A DNA stretch of 64,000 nucleotides from Escherichia coli. GTDB lineage: Bacteria; Pseudomonadota; Gammaproteobacteria; Enterobacterales; Enterobacteriaceae. The position numbers and the translations under genes were made by a program. Positions 1 through 9,312 of the stretch are shown in pieces. The notes beneath the pieces were generated by a model. It saw only the letters and a list, made by a program, of their open reading frames with translations, was not told where the DNA came from and did no database searches. How positions within the stretch are numbered: the first letter of the stretch is position 1; the number at the start of each line of letters is the position of its first letter. The stretch lies in assembly GCF_050320075.1 (NCBI RefSeq), contig NZ_CP190018.1; one strand, given 5' to 3'.

Positions 1-445
1 GCATCTTCTTTCAGAGTGTAACCCTGTTTTGTCAGTTGCTCTGCTTCTTGCTCGGTAAAGAACGAACCGATCGGCTTGGTCGGGTTGAGGAATGCCGGAT
101 CGTTAGCGTCGACTTCGACCTGGGTAACCAGCGTTGCTACAGGTTTATTAATGCCACGAGAAAGCAGTTCTTCTCTTAAGGCATTTTGTAGATCGTAACC
201 AATATAACCCTGGCTTAAGGCAACACAGACAGACATCGGCAGCATTGGCGAGTGCGCTTCAGTTTTTGCGGCAGCTTCAAAGGCCTGGTTAATCATGCCC
301 ACCTGCGGCCCGTTACCATGAGTGACGATGACCTCATGTCCCTGGGCAATTAAATCAACAATTGCCTGAGAAGTAATTTTTACCGCTTTCATTTGTCCGG
401 CCAGGTCATCGCCCAGCGCATTCCCGCCCAGGGCGAGAACAATTT
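1..445 (-). CDS. yqeA: carbamate kinase-like protein, partial (N-terminal part; gene continues beyond window start)
   Basis: Reverse-strand translation from ATG at 445 begins MSKKIVLALGGNALG..., a carbamate kinase (amino-acid kinase family) N-terminus; position downstream of hyuA matches the K-12 gene order as I recall it. Confidence 0.8.
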
Positions 446-502
446 TCTTACTCATTTTTCCTCACTCATCATTCTTGATTGTGTATAGATCCCTGGCAGT
501 GG

Positions 503-1888
503 TTAGAGCACGGGAGGGACAAACGGTTTGCGTCGCAGGAATCGACCTCGCCCGGCTTTGCCTGTAAAGGTGCCGTCACAGAAAATCGTTTCACCACGGG
601 ATAAGGTTCTGACAATCGCGCCCTGACAGGTAAAACCCTCCCATGGCGAGTAGTCGGCGTTGTCGTGGAGATGGCGATGCTGAATTTGTTGGCTCTGACG
701 TGGGTCGATAATCACCACGTCGCCATCGGAACCGGGCGCTAATAATCCTTTTTGCGGCCACAGGCCAAACAGCCTGGCGGGCATTGCGCTGGTTAATTCA
801 ACAAAGCGTTCCGGTGTTATACGTCCCGTCATCACGCCACTGGAAAACAGTAACTGCATGCGGTTTTCCACACCGGGTAAGCCATTTGGGCAGCGACTGA
901 AATCGCCTTTAGAAATTTGCAGGCGTTGAGCCATCGAGAAGGTGCAGTGATCGGTTGCCACCACGTCAATCGCACCATCGCTGATGCCACACCACAGTTT
1001 GTCCTGCTCGCGTATGTTACGCAGCGGTGGGCTAAGAATGAACTTCATGCCATCTTCTGTATCGTAACTGCGTTCGTCCAACAGGAGATATTGTGGGCAG
1101 GTTTCAACCCAGACTGGCTGGTGATTCGCACGGGCAAGACGCAGATAATCCAGACCTAAGCCGTTAGACAGGTGGACGATATAGAGCGGGGCGTTACCGG
1201 CAATTTGTGCCAGATTAATCATGCGGGCGATGGCTTCCGCTTCGCATTCCAGAGGGCGACTCAAGGCGTGATAGCGCGGCGCGGTTAACCCTGCGGCGAT
1301 AAATTCCGCCCGCTTGCTGGCGATAGCCGCATCATTTTCCGGGTGCACGGTGGTCAGCGCGCCGGACTCATGCAAGCGGCGTAACGCCTGCAAAACCTCG
1401 TCATCGTTGAGTTTGTATTGATAGGTTAAATAGAGTTTAAAACTGCTCAGTCCTTCTTCGACCATCATCGGAATTTCGTCGAGGATGGCGTGATTAATGT
1501 GCTGGATCACACCGTGAAAGCTGTAGTCGATGACCGCCTTATGGGCGGCATAGCCACGATAAACTTCCAGTTGATGGCGTAATCGGCAGCCATTCGGGCC
1601 AAATCCCATATGGTCAATAATGGTTGTTGTACCGCCACACGCAGCTGCGCGGGTACCGGTAAAAAAATCATCACAACTGCGCGCGATGCCGACATCAATA
1701 TTGAAATGCGTATGGACATCCACGCCGCCAGGGAAAACGTAACAGCCAGTGGCATCAATTTCTTCATACGGGAGCTGCGGCGAAATATTGCTGCCCAATT
1801 GGCGAACAATCCCGCTCTCAATCAGCAAATCTTGTTTGGCTTGTCCATCTGCGTTAACGACAGTGCCGTTTTTGATCAATACGCGCAT
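503..1888 (-). CDS. hyuA: D-phenylhydantoinase / dihydropyrimidinase-family amidohydrolase
   Basis: ORF 503..1900; metal-binding HxH near N-terminus (GGVDVHTHF), cyclic amidohydrolase-like; start trimmed to MRVLIKNGTVV. Confidence 0.85.
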   Translation of the reverse strand: MRVLIKNGTVVNADGQAKQDLLIESGIVRQLGSNISPQLPYEEIDATGCYVFPGGVDVHTHFNIDVGIARSCDDFFTGTRAAACGGTTTIIDHMGFGPNGCRLRHQLEVYRGYAAHKAVIDYSFHGVIQHINHAILDEIPMMVEEGLSSFKLYLTYQYKLNDDEVLQALRRLHESGALTTVHPENDAAIASKRAEFIAAGLTAPRYHALSRPLECEAEAIARMINLAQIAGNAPLYIVHLSNGLGLDYLRLARANHQPVWVETCPQYLLLDERSYDTEDGMKFILSPPLRNIREQDKLWCGISDGAIDVVATDHCTFSMAQRLQISKGDFSRCPNGLPGVENRMQLLFSSGVMTGRITPERFVELTSAMPARLFGLWPQKGLLAPGSDGDVVIIDPRQSQQIQHRHLHDNADYSPWEGFTCQGAIVRTLSRGETIFCDGTFTGKAGRGRFLRRKPFVPPVL

Positions 1889-1892
1889 AGCA

Positions 1893-1923
1893 AACTCCAA
1901 AAACCCTCCGGCGAACCGGAGGG
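1893..1923 (-). terminator. putative intrinsic terminator or attenuator between ygeY and hyuA
   Basis: Hairpin CCCTCCGG-cgaa-CCGGAGGG followed on the minus strand by TTTTTGGAGTTTG. Confidence 0.45.
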
Positions 1924-1940
1924 GAATAAGTGAAGAGTAA

Positions 1941-3152
1941 TTATTCGGTTGCCAGCCAGCTTAACGGGATTGCAGCGTACATCGCGGCACAGGTCACCAG
2001 GTGAGATTTCCAGGTTTTTTCGTTAGGTGCATGCGCTTCAGGTTCTTTACCCGGGCCAAAGCCGATCACCGGAATGCCGTGACGGCCCATGATAGATACG
2101 CCGTTAGTTGAGAAGGTCCACTTATCAACAACCGGCGCTTTGCCAAACAGACCTTCGTAGGCATTCACCAGTGCTTTGACAGTGAAGTGGTCTTCTTCCA
2201 CTTTCCAGGTCGGGAAGTAGCATTCGGTTGGGTAAACCAGGCCAGTCCAGGACGGACGGTCGTAGTTGTACATAGAAACAACCGCGTTAGCTTTCTGTAC
2301 CGCAGGCAGGGCGCGGATTTCGTCCAGCGCGCCTTCCCAGGTTTCGCCCCAGGTCAGACGACGGTCGATTGAAACTGCGCAGCTATCTGCTACAGCGCAA
2401 CGGCTTGGGGATGTGAAGAAGATTTCAGAAACGGTGAGGGTGCCTTTGCCGAGGAATTCATCATAGCCCAGGCGCTGGGAGAGTTCTTGTAATTCGCCAA
2501 GAATCGGACCCATTTTGAAAATGGCGTTGTCACCGCGTTCTGGTGCAGAACCGTGGCAGCTAACACCTTGAACATCAATGCGAATTTCCATACGACCGCG
2601 TTGACCACGGTATACCTGGCAATCAGTCGGTTCAGTACTGACCACAAATTCCGGGCGAATGCCGGATTGTTCAATAATGTACTGCCAGCACAGACCGTCG
2701 CAGTCTTCTTCCTGCACAGTACCGGTAACCAGCAGGGTATATTCATCTTCCAGACCGAGGTCTTTAATGATTTTACCGGCATAAACCATAGATGCCATGC
2801 CGCCTTCCTGGTCGGAAGTACCGCGACCACCGATCAGCTCATCAGTTTCCATGCCTTCGTACGGATCGAAGTCCCAGTTTTTGATGTTGCCAATGCCGAC
2901 GGTATCGATATGAGCGTCCATTGCCACCAGACGCGGGCCGTGGCCGATATAACCGAGAACGTTGCCCATCGGGTCGATTTCAACTTTATCGAAGCCGACT
3001 TTTTCCATCTCTTCTTTAATACGATGTACTACGCGTTTTTCGTCGCAGCTTTCACTGGGAATAGCAACCATGTCGCGCAGGAAGCGAGTCATGTCCGCCT
3101 GGTAATCTTTTGCTTTTTCAAGAATCAGTTTGAATGGAATATTCTTAGCCAT
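1941..3152 (-). CDS. ygeY: M20-family peptidase / deacylase-like protein
   Basis: 403-aa ORF; ArgE/DapE/M20-like metal-binding motifs ([16 protein letters not shown]). Confidence 0.85.
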
Positions 3153-3209
3153 TATTTTTCTCCAGATTTTTTACTCCCCGTTTTGCAGGGAGCAGTTCCA
3201 ATAGGGTGA

Positions 3210-4406
3210 TTAAGGTGCTACAGCGTGTTTGCCTTCCCAGACAACTTCGCGGTAGTGCTTCACGTCTGTGTCGCCTTCAGTGCTGATAACCAGCACTACG
3301 GCATCTTTGTTCAGCGCCAGTTTTTCCATCAGGCTTTGACGTTGCGGGTGATAATGAACCGCTGCGAGAACGCCCAAACCGACAGCGCCGGATTCACCGG
3401 AGATGATGCGTGGGTCATTGCCGTACGGGTTACCCAGCACACGCATACCTAATGCGGCAACGCTGTCCTGGCAGGAGATGAATTGGGTGGCGCAGTTACG
3501 TAGGATTTCCCAGCCCAGCGGGTTAGGTTCGCCGCAGGCCAGGCCCGCCATGATGGTGGCCATATCACCGCCAACGTTGACGATGTCGCCTTTGACGCCG
3601 GAGCGATAAATACAGTCAGCTTTGTCAGGTTCAACAATAATGCTGTGCAGATTTTGCGGGCTGTAGACGTCGACCAGATAACCCAGCACACCACCGGCCA
3701 TTGCACCGACACCGGCTTGCAGCAGAACGTGCGTCGGGGTTACGCCCATTTCACGCATTTGCTCGACGGCTTCATCTGCCAGTGTTGCGTAGCCTTGCAT
3801 GATCCAGGTTGGGATTTTGGTGTAACCTTCCCAGGCGGTATCTTGCACCACTTCCCAGCCGTGCTGCTGCGCGTGTTGCATGGTCAGGCGAACGGTATCG
3901 TCATAGTTCATATCCGTGACGATGCACTCGGCACCGAGGTTCAGAATGGCGTCAACGCGTTCCTGAGCAGAACCTTTCGGCATGTAAATCACCGCATTCT
4001 GTCCGAGTTGCTGTGCTGCCCACGCCACACCGCGCCCGTGGTTGCCGTCGGTGGTGGTCGCGAAAGTCATTTTTTCGCCGATGGCATTTTTCAGGTGCTC
4101 AAATGACAGCGTTTCGATATCAAGATGATATTTTTCGCACAATAATTGAGCGATGGCGTATGCACCGCCGAGCATTTTGAAGGCGTTCAGACCGAATCGT
4201 TTTGATTCGTCTTTGACGAGAATTTTCTTCACACCAAAAAGGTTTGCGAGATCGTTCAGCGCACAAAGCGGTGTTGGGCGATAACCAGCAATTTTCTGGT
4301 GGAACTGGCGCGCCAGTTTGGCCTGGCTTTGCGAAAAGAGCGGTGATGTTTCGCCGTTGAAAAATTTGTTATCGGCGATATCAATCTTCAATGAGAAAAC
4401 GGACAT
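3210..4406 (-). CDS. ygeX: diaminopropionate ammonia-lyase (PLP-dependent)
   Basis: 398-aa ORF; PLP beta-family fold signatures (lysine-containing motif, glycine-rich loops); size and position match K-12 ygeX/dpaL as recalled. Confidence 0.85.
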   Translation of the reverse strand: MSVFSLKIDIADNKFFNGETSPLFSQSQAKLARQFHQKIAGYRPTPLCALNDLANLFGVKKILVKDESKRFGLNAFKMLGGAYAIAQLLCEKYHLDIETLSFEHLKNAIGEKMTFATTTDGNHGRGVAWAAQQLGQNAVIYMPKGSAQERVDAILNLGAECIVTDMNYDDTVRLTMQHAQQHGWEVVQDTAWEGYTKIPTWIMQGYATLADEAVEQMREMGVTPTHVLLQAGVGAMAGGVLGYLVDVYSPQNLHSIIVEPDKADCIYRSGVKGDIVNVGGDMATIMAGLACGEPNPLGWEILRNCATQFISCQDSVAALGMRVLGNPYGNDPRIISGESGAVGLGVLAAVHYHPQRQSLMEKLALNKDAVVLVISTEGDTDVKHYREVVWEGKHAVAP

Positions 4407-4463
4407 ATCCTATCCTTTTGGCCTCTGGAAATAGAGGGCCGACCAGCTGATCGGCCCGAGGGG

Positions 4464-5654
4464 TTATTTCACGCGTTCTTGCGCTTCTTTCAGCAGTTGC
4501 TCGAGCAGTGCACCTGGTTTGGCGTATTTACGGGACAGGATCATCGCGGCGATGATATAAGGCTTCCAGCTGGCTTCTTTGTAGGTCGCGATACGGTATT
4601 TTTCGAATACGCCTTCAGTCACTTCACCTTCTTTGCAGGATACGCCGCTGATATCAGCTGGCAGGCAGTGCATGTACAGGGCTTCGCCATCACGGGTCAG
4701 TTCCATCATCTCTTCAGTACAATGCCAGTCTTTGTGTTGCGCGTTCTGTGCCAGACACTGTTTTTCCAGTGCTTTTAAGCCTTCGTGATCGTTCGCACGC
4801 AGCAATTCAGTACGCTCTTCCATCACTTTGTAAGGTGCCCATGACTTCGGATAAACGATGTCTGCGTCTTTGAAGGCTTCTTCCATGCTGGTGACCTGAC
4901 GGAAGCTACCGCCGGAGGCTTTAGCATTGTTTTTCGCCACTTCAACGACATCCGGGATCAGGTCGTAGCCTTCCGGATGGGCCAGGGTGACATCCATACC
5001 GAAGCGAGTCATCAGACCGATGATGCCTTGTGGTACAGAGAGCGGTTTGCCATAGCTTGGGGAGTAGGCCCAGGTCATGGCGATTTTTTTACCTTTCAGG
5101 TTTTCCAGTGAACCAAAGTGTTCACGTAACCATGCCAGGTCAGCCATTGACTGAGTCGGGTGGTCAATATCGCATTGCAGGTTCACTAAAGCCGGACGCT
5201 GCGGCAGTACGCCCTGCTTGTAGCCGTCATCAAGTGCAGCGCCAACTTCACGCATATAAGCGTTGCCTGCGCCCAGATACATATCGTCGCGAATACCAAT
5301 AGCGTCGGCGCAGAAGGAGATCATATTGGCGGTTTCACGCACGGTTTCGCCGTGAGCGATTTGTGATTTGCCTTCATCGAGATCTTGCTGTGCAAGGCCG
5401 AGCAGGTTAAGCGCGGAAGCATAAGAGAAGCGGGTACGAGTGGAGTTGTCGCGGAATACGGAAATACCTAATCCACTATTAAAGACTTTGGTTGAGATGT
5501 TTTCAGCACGCAGTGCTTTTAATGCTGCGGCAACGTCCAGTACTTGTTTCAGTTCATCTGGCGTCTGTTCCCACGTTAACAAAAAATCTTTCTCGTGAAG
5601 GTGAGAGGTCAGCGAATTGATATCCTTAATCAGCTCATTAACAGTTTTCATCAT
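4464..5654 (-). CDS. ygeW: transcarbamylase-like protein (aspartate/ornithine carbamoyltransferase superfamily)
   Basis: 396-aa ORF with STRTR carbamoyl-phosphate-binding motif and HCLP motif. Confidence 0.85.
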   Translation of the reverse strand: MMKTVNELIKDINSLTSHLHEKDFLLTWEQTPDELKQVLDVAAALKALRAENISTKVFNSGLGISVFRDNSTRTRFSYASALNLLGLAQQDLDEGKSQIAHGETVRETANMISFCADAIGIRDDMYLGAGNAYMREVGAALDDGYKQGVLPQRPALVNLQCDIDHPTQSMADLAWLREHFGSLENLKGKKIAMTWAYSPSYGKPLSVPQGIIGLMTRFGMDVTLAHPEGYDLIPDVVEVAKNNAKASGGSFRQVTSMEEAFKDADIVYPKSWAPYKVMEERTELLRANDHEGLKALEKQCLAQNAQHKDWHCTEEMMELTRDGEALYMHCLPADISGVSCKEGEVTEGVFEKYRIATYKEASWKPYIIAAMILSRKYAKPGALLEQLLKEAQERVK

Positions 5655-5742
5655 AAAGTCCCGGTAGTGGAATGACAGGCAAAGTGGTTTATTTCACTGT
5701 GACTTGCCAAAGTGATTGGTGTTTTCACAGCTATACCTGGGA

Positions 5743-5760
5743 CTAACAATAAGTGTGCCA
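5743..5760 (-). promoter_or_regulatory. candidate sigma54 (-24/-12) promoter for the ygeW operon
   Basis: Minus-strand reading TGGCAC-ACTTA-TTGTT about 90 bp upstream of the ygeW start; GG/-24 good, -12 element imperfect (GT not GC); adjacent divergent ygeV encodes a sigma54-type activator. Confidence 0.3.
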
Positions 5761-6129
5761 GAATTATCCACGGGGCTGCAAAAGACTAATTTGACGGATA
5801 ATGTGTGGGGTTGATCACAAATTGATACCAGCTTCTGGTTGTTTGTAAAATACGAAAACGTTTGGCTTTTTTTATCGCGTTATTTATTTGCTGCTAAGTA
5901 TCAGAAATAAGATAAAGGGGCAGGTTATCCCTCGTCAGTTTGATAAACTCACCGCCGTAATTCTCATATTGATATAGAAATGTGATATCTCTTCCATAAT
6001 TTCATTAGAAAGTGATAAAAATCTTATGTTTTTATCAAAGCCAATTTCGTCTGAGTTAATATCATCATGATCTGTGAACCATCAACGTCTTCAATGATCG
6101 ACTTTTAAGTAAGTCTGGAAGGTAAAGCT

Positions 6130-7908
6130 ATGGAGCTTGCTACTACGCAGTCAGTACTGATGCAAATTCAACCGACAATTCAGCGTTTTGCCAGAATGCT
6201 TGCCAGCGTTTTGCAGCTTGAGGTTGAGATCGTTGATGAAAACTTGTGTCGCGTCGCCGGAACGGGCGCGTATGGGAAGTTTCTTGGCCGCCAGTTGAGC
6301 GGCAACTCACGCCTGCTCCGCCACGTCCTGGAAACGAAAACTGAAAAAGTTGTGACACAATCTCGCTTCGATCCCCTTTGCGAAGGTTGCGATAGTAAAG
6401 AAAATTGCCGTGAAAAAGCATTTCTGGGTACGCCTGTCATTTTACAGGATCGTTGTGTTGGGGTGATAAGTTTGATTGCCGTTACCCACGAGCAACAAGA
6501 ACATATCAGTGATAATTTACGCGAATTTTCTGATTACGTTCGCCATATATCCACCATTTTTGTTTCGAAACTTCTGGAGGATCAGGGGCCAGGAGATAAC
6601 ATCAGTAAAATATTCGCGACCATGATCGATAATATGGATCAGGGCGTATTAGTTGTTGATGATGAAAGTCGGGTTCAGTTTGTTAATCAGACTGCCTTAA
6701 AAACACTTGGTGTTGTACAAAATAATATTATTGGGAAACCTATCCGTTTCAGACCATTAACATTTGAGAGTAATTTTACCCATGGACATATGCAGCATAT
6801 TGTTTCGTGGGACGATAAAAGTGAATTAATCATTGGTCAATTGCATAACATTCAGGGCCGACAATTATTTTTAATGGCGTTTCACCAATCGCATACCAGT
6901 TTTTCTGTAGCAAATGCACCTGATGAACCACATATTGAACAATTGGTTGGCGAGTGCCGTGTTATGCGGCAATTAAAACGACTCATTAGCCGTATTGCAC
7001 CCAGCCCATCCAGCGTTATGGTGGTTGGTGAAAGCGGCACGGGTAAAGAAGTTGTCGCCCGTGCAATCCATAAGTTGAGCGGAAGACGGAATAAACCCTT
7101 TATTGCTATCAACTGTGCCGCGATTCCGGAGCAGCTTCTGGAGAGCGAACTGTTCGGTTATGTTAAAGGCGCATTTACTGGCGCTTCTGCCAACGGTAAA
7201 ACAGGGTTGATTCAGGCGGCGAATACGGGCACGCTGTTTCTCGATGAAATAGGTGATATGCCATTAATGTTGCAGGCTAAATTACTGCGCGCTATTGAGG
7301 CGCGTGAAATTCTGCCGATTGGTGCCAGTAGCCCAATACAAGTCGACATCCGCATCATTTCTGCAACTAATCAGAATTTGGCCCAGTTCATTGCCGAAGG
7401 TAAATTCCGCGAAGATCTCTTCTACCGACTTAATGTTATCCCGATAACTCTTCCACCGCTGCGTGAACGCCAGGAAGATATTGAACTACTGGTGCATTAC
7501 TTTTTACATCTGCATACCCGTCGTCTGGGATCGGTTTATCCTGGCATTGCTCCTGATGTCGTCGAAATATTGCGTAAGCATCGTTGGCCCGGAAACCTGC
7601 GCGAGTTAAGCAATTTGATGGAATATCTGGTTAACGTTGTTCCTTCAGGTGAAGTTATCGATAGCACGCTATTGCCGCCAAATCTGCTGAATAATGGCAC
7701 AACGGAACAAAGTGATGTAACAGAGGTCAGCGAGGCGCACCTGGCACTCGATGATGCGGGCGGCACGGCGCTGGAGGAGATGGAAAAGCAAATGATCCGC
7801 GAGGCGCTTTCACGCCATAACAGCAAGAAGCAAGTTGCTGATGAACTGGGCATCGGTATTGCTACGCTCTATCGCAAGATTAAGAAATATGAGTTGTTAA
7901 ACACATAA
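6130..7908 (+). CDS. ygeV: sigma54-dependent transcriptional activator (AAA+ enhancer-binding protein)
   Basis: 592-aa ORF; Walker A GESGTGKE, GAFTGA sigma54-interaction motif, C-terminal HTH. Confidence 0.9.
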   Translation: MELATTQSVLMQIQPTIQRFARMLASVLQLEVEIVDENLCRVAGTGAYGKFLGRQLSGNSRLLRHVLETKTEKVVTQSRFDPLCEGCDSKENCREKAFLGTPVILQDRCVGVISLIAVTHEQQEHISDNLREFSDYVRHISTIFVSKLLEDQGPGDNISKIFATMIDNMDQGVLVVDDESRVQFVNQTALKTLGVVQNNIIGKPIRFRPLTFESNFTHGHMQHIVSWDDKSELIIGQLHNIQGRQLFLMAFHQSHTSFSVANAPDEPHIEQLVGECRVMRQLKRLISRIAPSPSSVMVVGESGTGKEVVARAIHKLSGRRNKPFIAINCAAIPEQLLESELFGYVKGAFTGASANGKTGLIQAANTGTLFLDEIGDMPLMLQAKLLRAIEAREILPIGASSPIQVDIRIISATNQNLAQFIAEGKFREDLFYRLNVIPITLPPLRERQEDIELLVHYFLHLHTRRLGSVYPGIAPDVVEILRKHRWPGNLRELSNLMEYLVNVVPSGEVIDSTLLPPNLLNNGTTEQSDVTEVSEAHLALDDAGGTALEEMEKQMIREALSRHNSKKQVADELGIGIATLYRKIKKYELLNT

Positions 7909-7917
7909 CCTCAGTGA

Positions 7918-7941
7918 ATCCGGCCTGAATTCAGGCCGGAT
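7918..7941 (+). terminator. hairpin between convergent ygeV and xdhC
   Basis: Perfect inverted repeat ATCCGGCCTGAATTCAGGCCGGAT followed by a short T-rich run. Confidence 0.45.
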
Positions 7942-7947
7942 ATCCTT

Positions 7948-8427
7948 TTACTTCGTTTTCTCGCAATCCAGAACTGTATTTACAATCATCTGATACCCCG
8001 TGCAGCGACAAAGATTTCCCGCCAGACCGCGACGAATTTCCGTAATGGTTAATGGCTTCTCGCGCGGCTTTGCCAGCATTGCCGTGGTAGCCATAATCAG
8101 GCCAGGCGTACAAAACCCGCACTGCACCGCGCCGGATTTCGCATAAGCCTGCTGAACATGAGAAAGTTTTCCGCCTTTCGCTTCACCTTCCAGCGTGCGG
8201 ATCTCTTTTCCTTCAGCCCAGGCGGCAAGGTATAAGCAACTGTCTATTGCTGTGCCGTCGACCAGCACCGTACAGGCACCACATTCACCCACGCAGCACC
8301 CTTGTTTGACACTTAGCAGTCCTTGATCGCGGAGTAATTCCGAGAGCGGCATGCCTGGTGCGGCGTGAAGCTGAAAAGGCATCCCGTTAATGGTGCATTC
8401 GATGGTAATTGTTTCACTGTGATTCAT
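7948..8427 (-). CDS. xdhC: xanthine dehydrogenase Fe-S subunit (2Fe-2S ferredoxin-like)
   Basis: 159-aa ORF; cysteine clusters [11 protein letters not shown] and CGFCTPG. Confidence 0.9.
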   Translation of the reverse strand: MNHSETITIECTINGMPFQLHAAPGMPLSELLRDQGLLSVKQGCCVGECGACTVLVDGTAIDSCLYLAAWAEGKEIRTLEGEAKGGKLSHVQQAYAKSGAVQCGFCTPGLIMATTAMLAKPREKPLTITEIRRGLAGNLCRCTGYQMIVNTVLDCEKTK

Positions 8428-9302
8428 TGCAATTTTCCCCCCGCCGCGGCGACGGCTTCGCTAATCACTTTTTTGGTCATTGTCTGGATGAGATGCAGAC
8501 GAAACTCTTTACTGGCCCGCCATGAAGAACGCGGGGCGACATCTTGCAGGACAGATTCGCTGATAGCTTCCAGCGTTTGCAGGTTTAATGGCGCATTTTG
8601 TGCAGTCTGTTCGGCATGTTGGCAGCGAATCGGCGTTGGCGCGGCAACACCAAATGCCAGGCGTAATTCGCTGAAATTGCCGCTATCCAGTCGGCAATGT
8701 GCGGCACAGCCAATCGTTGAAATATCCATTGCGTCGCGCATGGCATATTTAAAATGCGCGCTGCCCACGTGTTCTTTCGGCTGGGGCGGAAAATGAAAGG
8801 CGACAAGGATTTCGTCATGCTCAAGAGACACTTTGCCCGGCCCGGTGTGAAAGCCATTAATCGGGACGAAACGAACACTGCGTGGGGAGTGGATCTCCAG
8901 TTTCGCGTCATAAATGAGCGTTGGCGTGGCAGAATCTGCGCTGGTGGCACCGTTGCAAATATTTCCACCGTAGGTAGCGACGTTACGGATCTGCGGTCCA
9001 GCAATGGACGAGGCCGCAGCACATAACGCCGGGAGAAGACGTTGAGTTATAGGATCTTCTATTAGCTGGGTAAATGTCGTTGCAGAGCCGATACGTAGTG
9101 AGCCATCTTCCGCCAGCGTAATTCCCCGCAGCTCCGCCAGATTATGAATATCAACAATATGGCGATAACGGTCATTGTGATGGTGGAGCTGAATCAGTAC
9201 GTCAGTGCCACCGGCGAGCAGTTTGGCCTGCGGGTTGTCAGCCAGCAGGTTGATGGCATCGGCAAGGGTTGCTGCGCGATGGTAAGAAGCAAAATCAAAC
9301 AT
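8424..9302 (-). CDS. xdhB: xanthine dehydrogenase FAD-binding subunit
   Basis: 292-aa ORF overlapping xdhC start by 4 nt; FAD-binding CO dehydrogenase-like (AGGTDV motif). Confidence 0.9.
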   Translation of the reverse strand: MFDFASYHRAATLADAINLLADNPQAKLLAGGTDVLIQLHHHNDRYRHIVDIHNLAELRGITLAEDGSLRIGSATTFTQLIEDPITQRLLPALCAAASSIAGPQIRNVATYGGNICNGATSADSATPTLIYDAKLEIHSPRSVRFVPINGFHTGPGKVSLEHDEILVAFHFPPQPKEHVGSAHFKYAMRDAMDISTIGCAAHCRLDSGNFSELRLAFGVAAPTPIRCQHAEQTAQNAPLNLQTLEAISESVLQDVAPRSSWRASKEFRLHLIQTMTKKVISEAVAAAGGKLQ

Positions 9303-9312
9303 GATGTTATCC

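Noticed and set aside
2553-3209. 218-aa plus-strand ORF antisense to ygeY, and similar antisense ORFs within hyuA, ygeX, xdhA and araE
   Set aside because: Lie entirely within confidently identified conserved genes on the opposite strand; typical GC-rich antisense artefacts
4419-4463. Hairpin between ygeX and ygeW (GGGCCGATCAGCTGGTCGGCCC) as a terminator
   Set aside because: No T-tract on either strand; more likely a REP-like or mRNA-stabilising element within an operon, not confidently callable
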